Assembly (NCBI GenBank): GCA_040954595.2
Contig: CM082598.2
Span: 2,418,001 to 2,482,000, forward strand
Direction of reading: 5' to 3'
Source: Balanoglossus misakiensis
Taxonomy: Eukaryota; Animalia; Hemichordata
DNA: 64,000 bases
Shown: positions 49,885-61,083 of the stretch, piece by piece
Numbering within the stretch: the first letter of the stretch is position 1
How the letters are laid out: each line of letters starts with the position of its first letter
Notes under the pieces: model-generated
Database searches by the model: none
Seen by the model: only the letters and a program-made list of their open reading frames with translations
What the model was told of the DNA's origin: nothing
Translations under genes and position numbers: made by a program

Positions 49885-52800
49885 TTTACCCCCTCGTTGC
49901 CTGGGTTTTGTGAATTTCAGTACAGATTCCCAAAAATGGTTGTTTTAAATTTACAAAAAATCACATTCACGTACTCACCACTCACTTGTGACATTTTCTG
50001 TTATTTCCATTTTGTTTCATCACTGATAAAAATTACATTTGAAAATAAAACACTTATGCCATAATGCTTAGATTTTTATTTTGATCTTACAAAATTGAAT
50101 GAACAAAACCCCATATAAATTTTGAGTGGGTGTTTACAATTGAAAGCTAGCACTTTTGACTACTTGGTGCGAAATACATCAAGTATCCACGCATATGTAG
50201 GCATTGAACTGTTACTATGGCAACTTGCGAAATAACAACACATTAAAGGCATCAAATATGACACTTGTGTGCATAGGGCCAGTTTTAACTGCTGAGCAAA
50301 CTTGATAATGACACTCTGCAAACACTGAGACCAGGATGGGAAACCCCAAGAGGAAATAGCTGCAATTTCCGGGCAATTGCATCTCTCAATAAGCAAGGAA
50401 TGACATTGAAACAGACATGAAACGCAATCATGGGGGCAGTGGAATGTGAAATTGTTATTACAGAACCGCACAGTGTGAAATGTGGGAAAAAGGAATATTG
50501 CCTGGAATAGAACAATGGGCATACATCTATCTATCCAACTTCCTCTCTATTTCTGTCTCACTCTCTCTCCATCCCTCACTCTCCCTCCCCCTCTCTCTCT
50601 TCACCATGATCCACCTAATCATACAAGTCTTCATTCTTGCGTACTTATATAAATCCTTTCCTTGAACTATCAGCTTTGCTCATAACAGCTTACTTGCATT
50701 CACCATTGACGTCATTGTAAAACAAACCGGCAAATTGTCGCTTTGTCCTCTAAAGATTCCTTCATTCTTTACCTTCACTTTAAGGCGTCATCAACAGTCA
50801 ATAAACTAAACTTCCCTGAAAAGAACGGCTAAAATGGTGTGTGTACGATTGGCTCACACCAGAATGAATTAAAAGCTATAAACAAGGATGCAAGTGTGTA
50901 TATTGCTACTGTCACAAAATATCTCCAACAACACCCTTAAGCAGTTCCATTTGCCGATGTCAATTAACTATGCCAACAAAGACTGTGTTATTCCACGCCA
51001 GTATTATAAACATTGGATCGGTTAATTGAATGAAGGCTCACACTGACTTAAATCAACAGAGAAGATAATAGACATAACAGCTGACAACCAAGGTAGATAC
51101 GATTTTGAAAAGGACAACAACAAGGTCAGTCTGGTTTCATATGGCGAAGCATGAGGACTAGCTTCTCAATTTGTTTTCACGTTGTAGTACAGATGATCAA
51201 CACTTATGTGCTGCTGCATACACAGACCATCCTGTGATGGTGGAGGTGTGCGATGTTATTCCCAGTGCTAGAGATCAAAAATTATGACCCGTATTTACGC
51301 TATGAATTTCTCATTGAAGCCACTAGACTCCTGTTCGACGTAACTTGCTGAGTGACCGCAAGGAAGAAGGCAAAGTTTGAACCTTGACTACAAGGATCAA
51401 ACGATGTAAGTATTGATATCAGAAAACCTCAGCGAGTCATATAAACTGTAACGAGATCATCGCGGCAAGGTTTGTACAACAATAGTCACAGCAAAATTGA
51501 ATGGAAAGATTATATCTGTATACAGAAAGTATAAATTTTATATTGCCTGATAATTGATATGAATTGTGCACAAAATGATGGGGTACATCTGAGAGTTTTA
51601 CCGCGCCATGATTCAGAACGGTGCATGACGTCAGCATTAATTTTCCTCATGCAAATGCGACACCTAGTTCATGGAGGAATTCGCCATCTTCAAAGCGAGC
51701 AGATAACACGCACTTCTGATATTTGCCAAAAAAGGAATGGTTGTTTAACTTAGTGATATTCGTGGAGAAGAATGATGTAAGTATGAAATTATAGCTGCCT
51801 ATACATATGGAGTCTCCGAGATGGCAAATTCTCAACGCAGGTATAAGTTTCGAACTTTCGATCTCAGTGTATGATTTTATCTCGAGTTTTCAGTTGTTGA
51901 CACAACGTATGTTTGACCCTACTTAAGCCTACGCTGATGAAGGTTTTCAGCTAACAAGATCAACAACATGGAAATTCAAGGTAGAAAGTACATATGTTGT
52001 AAGATCCAAGTTCAAAGCTCACGTCAGTTGTTCACTTGTAAACGCAAATGAAATCTATGCTACAATTTCAACAAATGTGATATACATCAACGGCAGACTG
52101 AAATTCCAGGAATAATTTTGATACATTCACACTTCATCTTGTATAATATCAGCTACATCTATCACGCACAACTATTAGCTTTGATGTCAAGGTGACAGTT
52201 GCATGAATATAAAATTTCTGCACAAACTCTTGTATCTGTCTGAACTATTAAAAGTGCTGTATCAAGATGAATCTTGAACCGGATGTTATTTCACTCTAGA
52301 CTAATTCACGGTATCATTTTATCTTCACGTGTGATTTATAACATGTCGAGATGATGAAACTGTATCCTTATAACGAAACTGGATCTAAAGTGTCTGATAT
52401 TTGCTACGCTTCCAACACTATAATCATAAGCGGCCGCAATTTAATCTCCGGATTTCTCCTCCAGTGTCATTCCGTGTGGTCGCTGAAAATAACGCGACGT
52501 ACTCGAGAAAGTAGTTTTGTTCCTTGAAGTGCGCAGCCCGCATTTCATGTTGGCTGTTGTGACTGAGTGTTTTTATTATCAAGTTGTGTGAAACTGGGGA
52601 TGTGAATTTTGCAATTGGCGGGCTGAAGGTTGTACGGGAAATGATATAATCGCAGATGGATCTTGGTGAACTGTATGGACAACAGATTTTTTCGTTTCTC
52701 AATTGAAAACGGATAGTTCCCATTTTGGAGAAAGGCAATTTTCCACTTCATGTAACATCTAGGGTGTTACTCATTTTAAAGTTCATACAGTATGTGTCAC

Positions 52801-53663
52801 CTGCCTATGTAATTTTCTTATCAGATAAAATATTTAAAAAAACTGTTGAGCTGTGGGAATTTCACCATACTCCTTGGAAAGACTTTACGATTCAGTGATC
52901 AAAAACATTATACACGTTGATGGAATCTTCTGCAAAATTACCATGTTGATTGCACCCGTCCTTATGTTTGAAACGACCTCAATATCACAGCAGAGCATTA
53001 AGCGTTGCGTGCATCTGTAGCTGTACGTGCTCTCGATCAAACACTGTCCCCAGCACGCATCTAACAGTACAATTTCCATCCTTGCCGAATGTGATGACTG
53101 CTATGCACAGCGTTTCATCACAAAACATTTTGCCAGTCGATATATTGGACTTAAAACTTAACATCTGTGTCCCGGACTAATGTAATCAGCTAGTGTAACA
53201 AGCGTTATTACTTGAGACAAAGAAATCGCCCAAACAAATTGAACGCATTCACATTACTTCCGCCAATGTGAAAGGCCCAAGAGGTATTGACAAATCTGAA
53301 ACGACAAAAATCAGACCATTCTATCTGAACAGAATAGCCTCACACACCTTTAAATCGATGCTTACATCAACCCAAGAGATGCCGATTGAAGCGTTTCTTT
53401 CTAATTGAATAAAAGCGTTCTAGTCATTTGCTTGAAATTAGTTGTTGTAAAGTGACTTTGACGAGGTCAGTTCATACATCCTGGCGCCTCAGTGAACTGA
53501 AATGCGCGCGCATTGGGGCCATTATTTTAGTATTTGAATTATAATTTTGACTCGAAAGGCCGGCCCTTTGCAATTTTATCGGAATGGAGACATTAGCTCA
53601 ACTTTATAGTATCATAAAATACATTCAGTGAGTGCGATATGTATGTATGCGTGCATGCATCTA

Positions 53664-53781
53664 GTATGTATGTATGTATGTATGTATGTATGTATGTATG
53701 TATGTATGTATGTATGTATGTATGTATGTATGTATGTATGTATGTATGTATGTATGTATGTATGTATGTGTGTGTGTGTGT
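53664..53781. repeat. (TATG)n(TG)n microsatellite
   Basis: Direct reading. Confidence 0.97.
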
Positions 53782-53863
53782 CGCTGATAATTTGATATTG
53801 TACAATAACTGAGAACAGTTTCTGTACAAAACGTAGATAATTTCACAAACTAACCAGAACCTG

Positions 53864-53882
53864 ATAGCTGCAGGGGGCGCTG
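53864..53882 (+). promoter_or_regulatory. CTCF-like motif
   Basis: ATAGCTGCAGGGGGCGCTG versus consensus CCASYAGRKGGCRSY. Confidence 0.35.
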
Positions 53883-55831
53883 TCTGCCGGTAAATCATCC
53901 TTGCTCCATCTGTTTAAAATAAAAAGAAAATATTGGGTTTATCATAAAAGAAGAGTGATTTACTCTTTGGGAAAGGATTTTTTTCTTACATTTACACTAC
54001 TTATGAACGGTGGAAAGGGGCAGGGAGACTCTGAGACTTTCTGAGGAATGAATCAACACTAGACAATTATTGCAAACATTCCCAAGATACAACACCTTGA
54101 GTCATTTTGTGTATTTATGATTTATCACCACGTTTTTCTCTGTGCCGACTGCATTATCTTGACTCCATCTAACCTTAACCAACAGAGTGCAATAAGTTGT
54201 CGGCTATACTACTCTATACGGTATGTGAAAGGATGTATGCATGGGTATTCAAGAACGAACAGGTTGACGCACTTTGCAGAGAAGAAAAACTCTGCATGGA
54301 CCTTTTCAATGAATTATGATTTTTACTAGTAATAATGCATGCAGTGTGTATGTGCATTGTTGTGTTATATATCTCCCTGCTTTATGGAGTGGTTCATGAA
54401 TAAGGAATAATGTGATATATATTTTAATACCAGGTGACTTAGACATACATAAGACTTTTATTGTAAGGAAAAATTAACGCAATTGGTATGGTGTGTTACA
54501 GTACACAAACATCATGTAGAAACACTGAGACATATAGCATGGATATGTACTGCAATTCCCAATCCCTTATGCATACTGCGAAAAATCAACTTTGACAGGG
54601 GATTGATTGACGTTCACTACTGATGACTTTGATGTGTGTGGCGGGATATAATTCCATTAATATATATGTATGGCTATGTTCATTTGATACTGACAGTGGC
54701 ACTTAGACATTGTTATAGAATGTATTGCTTTGTCCAATTCAGTCTAGATCCCTTTTTATATGTAAGTGACAACTGTTAATGGTAAGGGTTAGAGAGGTGA
54801 TATGTTGAAGTCAAAGATTTAGTCTCTGAGAAATCGAGCATGAAACGCACTTAATTTACTGTTACACCTCATGATGAAGTGATATTGTCATAGCAAGCGT
54901 GAAAATCTACTTCTGAGACTGAAATTGCCATAACGAAATTATAATATTCAATTTGTAACCAGACAGAAAATAAACCTCGTTCCATACGTGTACAAGAAGA
55001 ACCTTATAAGGTTTCATAATAAGCTCAATCAATGATGTGATGCTGATGAAATAACCCTACTATGTTTCGTATAGTTCAACGTACTGTACAGTTTTATAAC
55101 CATGCCTTTTCTTTTTTTCTGCTTCGTTACTATGGTAACGCTCTTCATATATACCTTAGATCACATATGTCTTCCTACATTGGAAATATTCTTTTTCATA
55201 TAACACTGACTGTAAGATACACCATCTACAGAATTATCATCCTCATTATCATAATTATCCTTCGCCGTAGAAAATACTGCTTACATCATAAAAACATGAT
55301 TGACCATTAAACAGTTTGTTGAGGATTTCGACAGATAATTTTGCAACAGAATTAAGTAATCCTTTCCTTTAAGAATGAAATATCATCATGTGATAAAGCA
55401 TACCAGTCAAGTAAACGAAAATATAACAAAAACAAAACAAAATATGACTTTAATGTCAGAACATCAACAGTCATATAAGTCACACGTTTGACTTATGCAC
55501 ACAGCTTAACAACCGTTGCTAACTGCTTCGCTATTTTCTCATTTAAATTAAATTGCGGTTGAGGTTTCATCTCATGTTGACTCCTGTTCAACAATACACC
55601 AGTTAATTTACTGTGTTTGTTTTCCATGTCCCTCCCCATATGGTTCTGGATTTTGTTTATCTTAGCCGGCTGTTTCCTTCCCTGCAGGGCAGGTCAAAGT
55701 TCACGGGGAAAAGCATATCGCTTCCATCCATCAGCGTACACGACGCTTCCGTAGCTGGGCCCTCCATCGCTGGAATACGCCGTCGTAGTTCATATGCCGG
55801 AGTGTTGTGACTTTTCCCACTGTAACACAGC

Positions 55832-55916
55832 ATGGATTTCCACATAACGGTTGAGCTGATCTGGCTGGCCATGATGTCGATTTTCGTGGCTTTCGATCAA
55901 CTGACAGCCGGCACCG
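55832..55916 (+). CDS. Gene E candidate exon 1 (MDFHITVELIWLAMMSIFVAFDQLTAGT)
   Basis: Signal-like peptide in a GC-rich island. Consensus phase-1 donor G|GTAAGT compatible with the exon at 59937. Confidence 0.65.
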
Positions 55917-56874
55917 GTAAGTTGAAGATCTCTTTCGCCGCCTTTCACAGGCGAGAGGAACTGCGCTATGAATTCACAAGGGGTCCCTGTGTAACGAGGC
56001 CACACGCATTGCTCACCGTTGTTTTATAGCTAATTTCATGCGGCTTATTCTGCTTTTCAAGTCTGCCTAACCGCTCTGGTGTCTCCGCACTTCGAGCATA
56101 TTCAGAAAATAACTACCCCATGCTGTACTGTACAGAGTTAAAGAAACAGAGATTTTAAAAAAACACGAATGGAGTTTTACACAAAGCAGTTTTTCGTTTA
56201 TACATTTGCCGTATTAAATTAGCCGAGATATTAATTGTATTTGCAGCCAGCTTTCTGTGGGTAGAACGCTGCGTGGGCTTGCCAACTCGTACGATCAATG
56301 CCCACGACATACAGTAATTGGATATTGAACCTGCAGTTTGTCAGGCAGTAGACAGAGATCCTAGCTGGCCATGTGGCTCACGTACACTTGCCGTTCCTTT
56401 GAAGGAGGGTAGCAGGACAGATTGCACTCGTAAATATTGCATGATGGGTTATTGGGGTAATGAGGTTTTTATTGGTGTTACAAACCGACCACAACGCTTT
56501 GTCAAGCCATAGAACTTTGGAGGTAGTTAAATAGCAAATAAATCATGGCGATATTGAGGCCACCCAAAATCCCTTGGGTCGTCATGACGCTGATTTCGCA
56601 CATGCTCCGAAAACCCCATTGAAAACTGTAACATTCGAACAACGTGAAGTAGACTGGCATTGGTGGTCAGTTTCCTTATTTATGGTTTCATAAAAGAAAA
56701 TCGCGGAAGTAAAACGAAAGCAAATGACCTACGATATCAAATCAAAACGTGTCAATACAGCCCATTGCCACATTACAGAAGAATAGTATTTAATTGTTAC
56801 GTAACAGACCTTTAACAAACACACTAAAATGACAGAATGACAATAATGTATTTCTACAATGGGGTTCCACTGAT

Positions 56875-56903
56875 TATGATATGATATGATATGATATGAT
56901 ATG
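56875..56903. repeat. (GATAT)n short repeat
   Basis: Direct reading. Confidence 0.85.
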
Positions 56904-59900
56904 GGAAAGTTAAGTTAAACTTAGAGCATTACTTTTCCTGAACGAAATATATTATCAAATGACGTGATGAAACATGAGTGCATCAAAATGCCATTATAAC
57001 TAATTTTAGTCAACCAGCTACTTCCAAGGCTGCAGATGAGGTCCTTGCATGTTATTTTAATAAACACATGCCATATCCAAACGCTAATGAAAAGTTGAAC
57101 AGACTCCCTGGGGCTTTTCATGGACGTACTTGAATGTGCGGCCACTTAACAAACTCATTAGAAATGACATTTTCATTGATTTGTATAATTAGCTTGATGT
57201 TAAGTGGTGTATTTACCTTGGTTTTCAAGAGAATGTTCTCCTTGCACAAGAAGAAATTTGTTCTAATTAAACTATTAAGGCATGCACCAATGCATTAAGT
57301 GAAAAACTGACGCATATCGTACACGTTGTCATTCCCCCATTGGTCAAATATGACATGTATAGTTTGGTCGTTGCTGAAGAAATCGGTGTATTTTACAAGT
57401 TTCTTCAATCTACACCAAAGATATACCCATCAAGGAGATATTCTATAAGATATCATGTTTTATTCACAGAAATGGCAATTTGGGTTTATGTGTGTCTATG
57501 CCTTTCATTAGTAAAATAAATTGTAAAACATTCAGCAAATTCCATAGAATGTTTCACGTTTTTCATAGCGTGTGGTATCGGTAGGGTAGAGAAACCATTT
57601 TGCAAACATCATGTAGAACATGAATATTGGCACGTCAGATCCTCTACTGCGCACGCGTCTATGCCGCGCATGTGCATCACTCATTCCCACTGATTTGCGC
57701 ATGAAAACAATTCCTGCAATTTGCTATTTTTATCTCAAAGCAATGCATGCCACTAACGATCAGCTTACATAAGGTCTCCATGGAGAGAAAGCAAGGAAAT
57801 GTCACAGCCCATCGATAATGTGCCAAATGTCACTCGGTGCTTTTTCATCAAAATTCATACTGCGTTTTTTAAAACAATACATCAAAGGGAAATCAAATCC
57901 TTCGCACCAGTTTTTGTCATATCAGTGCGGCTGCAATCAATAGATTAATCGGTTTAATGGCAGCCAATGTTTTGAAAAATGTAATCCTAGTGTAATCCTA
58001 AACGGATGAAAGCAAACGTCAAACGAAGTTTACATAACGTCGATTCAAATAAATTCTTTGCCCACGGGCGTTATGAGCTGAACAACAAAAAACAAGCGTT
58101 GGGTAAATATTGACTCTGTGACAGCCGTGCATTGATGTCTGTGGTTTACTTTTAGCCTCAGTTCCGACATATCAGATTCATTAAAAAAGCAAACATTCAA
58201 GCCAGATTCGTCATGTCATCCTGGCATAAAACATTGCACATGTTAAGAATCTGTCGACAGATACCGTGTTTCATAGACGCATTCGTAAACAAGCCTTACT
58301 GTAACAATAAAACAGACTGATGAAATCGTGAGACTATGCGACACATGCAACATAAACGTATATCATTTACAAAATATTAATTTGGCATCATTATAAGTGA
58401 TTGTTTCTAAAACTTTGGTATTTATGGATAAAAAGAGTATAAACTGCATGTTAATCATTGCTGTAGTAATGACAAGTGTCTTAGAATTCATCAATGTCCT
58501 TTTCTCTTAATATATTGCTTAATTGGCAATCATGATCTGCCATTTTCATTCGTGTCATGGTATGAGAGATGTTTTTAGCTCGGTAAAGATGTTAACGGAA
58601 TACGTGTGTAATAAAAGATAGAAATCTACAGCCAGACAACCCCGTAAAAAGCATGTGCCATGTACACAGAACAGGCAGTAATGTTAACGTCGATAATTCG
58701 AAGAAATCCATGAGCTGGATAATACCATTATTTATTGCTCATTTTTGAGCACGCATTTGCGCAGAAGGAATGCTGTGCTTTCAGTTCAATAGGTTTGTTT
58801 CAGATCTGTTACAAAATAATTAACATATGGAGACAATGCCCACTAGCTTTTATACATGTAATCTCTGTGTGTCTATAGTGCGAGATCAGATTCGGGTAAT
58901 AAACTGTTGTTGAAAACAAAATGGCGCACAGTCTCAAAACATCTTTGTTTAAATCTGAAAATTGATTTGTGTGACAATAATAGTAACAGATCTGACGAGA
59001 CGTTATGTCATAGCATCTATGAGAAATCACCCTAAGGCTAACATGTTAAAATATTCATGTTATAGCAATATAAAATGCATGAAGTATATTCGACTAAAGC
59101 CATTGAATATTACATGTTTGACTTTGCAGTTTTCAAGTCGTATGTTCGAGTCTACTGTACCAATTACCCATAATATGGGGAAAATATCTTCAATACAGTG
59201 ATTTCTATAAAAGTAACACGTGTTGCGCACCTATGTCAACATTTCGTTAATTTAATGGAGTTAGTACATCAGCATTGACTGAACAGAAATATCCTCTGAC
59301 GTCTGCTATTGTGGCTGGTGTCACAAGGTTAACCTATTAACAGTGGTTATGGTTTTTGTAACAGCAGAATTCAGCTCTGTATGAGCTGACCTCTGTGATT
59401 AGCTGACACGGTCTTTCTTTGGAAACCACCTCCTGCATTCCATGTGCACAAGCAACTAGACACACATCATTGCGCTAATAGTTGAACGACTTTGTGCACC
59501 CTTCTACGTCACATCAACGTCATCAACATGATAGGAAATTGTGTGCATTCCGACGAAAGGGTGTTGTAGCTGTATTATTCAACTGTATTATAATAGAAGA
59601 ATTCATGATCATGGTGTCAGCGATCAAGATCGTTGGCTATGATAGAAAACAGAAATAAATTTTTGATTAACGAGTCAACTTGCATGTTTGTTTCGCTTAA
59701 AAATGTTGGCAACATTGTAAAGAAATGGACATTATAAACATTTTACTTTTGTTGTAAATGAAAGCAATAATTACAAGAGAAGTATATTTTCATGGCATTC
59801 TAATTCATATAAATATACCGAAGTCACTGGTGATCAACATTACCATTGGTGACGTATTATATTACATATATCATATATGATTAATGGCAACATGCACGCA

Positions 59901-59936
59901 TATTCACATTATTTTCTTTTCATCTTGTGCGTTTAG

Positions 59937-60079
59937 ATTATGTGGATAAAATTTCCCCTGAAGAGAGGCTACACAACGACTTATTCAAAGACTATTCGAA
60001 GGCAGCGAGACCCGTAGGCAACAGTAGCCAGCCTGTGTTTGTGTTCCTGTATCTGACTCTAAATCAAGTGATCGATGTG
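59937..60079 (+). CDS. Gene E exon 2: fifth nAChR-family subunit, partial (YVDKISPEERLHNDLFKDYSKAARPVGNSSQPVFVFLYLTLNQVIDV)
   Basis: gtttAG / GTAAGT, same phases as exon 2 of A-D, EERL..DLF..Y...RPV and QVIDV motifs. No downstream exon found before 64000. Confidence 0.88.
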
Positions 60080-60885
60080 GTAAGTACGTTCATTATTTAG
60101 ATAGCGTTAAAAATGATGAGGCTGTAATGCCCATCGATCGCGTTTTCCGTAACTGTCCCCAGTTAGTGTAGCAAAATAGATGGTTCATTAGAAGGCTTGG
60201 CTGGACTCTCTGCTTTTCATCCTTTCACCACTGTAACCAGGGCGGTGTTTTGGGGAATAATAATATTTTACTGGAAAGCTTTTCCAATGATGATGTAAAT
60301 TCTGTTTAAAAAGTAAAATACGTCAAACAATAATTAGTCTGATAAGTAGCAGCAGCCGTTTTACTTTCCCTACATCAAGATAAAATTTGGAAATATGAAC
60401 TAGAATGGCCAGCGTTTACGGCATATGTTGTTCACGGCAAACAAACTAAGTCCGCACTACGAGACAAGTATTCAACTTCACATCTCCTCTGTGAATGACA
60501 CGTACTGCAGTCAATCCAATTCGATCGCTTCACTAGGTCAGAGTATTTTGAACAGTTGTTTGATTTTCCGATAAATTACATTTTAAACAAGTTAACCTGT
60601 GACCCCGAGTTAGTATGAATAGACATGCCGCGCGTCGAATAATAGGTTGTCTGCACGCTGTCACGCTAGCTTCGAGGTGTATAGCGGTTATGATGATTGC
60701 GAAGAAGACTTTGTTAAGCAATCCAATAAATGGAAATATATAGTTAATCACACAGCGGGAAGGTAGTAGTCGTTTAAGGGGTATATTTACGTATTATCTG
60801 TATTCAAATAATTCAAACGCTCTCTTCTCTATCACTGCCAATCTGTCATCACTTGCACATCATCTGTCTGTCTGTGTATGTGTGA

Positions 60886-60944
60886 ATGTATGTATGTATG
60901 TATGTATGTATGTATGTATGTATGTATGTATGTATGTATGTATG

Positions 60945-60977
<33 letters not shown>

Positions 60978-61083
60978 TGTATGTATGTATGTATGTATGT
61001 ATGTATGTATGTATTGTATGTATTGTATGTACCGGTATGTATGTATGTATACAAATGAATATGTATGTATGCATGCATGCATG
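60886..61083. repeat. (TATG)n microsatellite, degenerate 3' part
   Basis: Direct reading. Confidence 0.96.

Noticed and set aside
50307-50420. PRGNSCNFRAIAS as an OTU-like motif
   Set aside because: Weak resemblance, short frame bounded by stops, no supporting exons.
51934-51960. CTGATGA hammerhead ribozyme core (also 55043, 58317)
   Set aside because: No stem II followed by GAAA and no closing stems.
55657-56095. Minus-strand Helitron-like fragments (RSAETPERLGRLEKQ, MLCYSGK)
   Set aside because: Too short and in unlinked frames. The region is better explained as the plus-strand GC-rich first exon of gene E.
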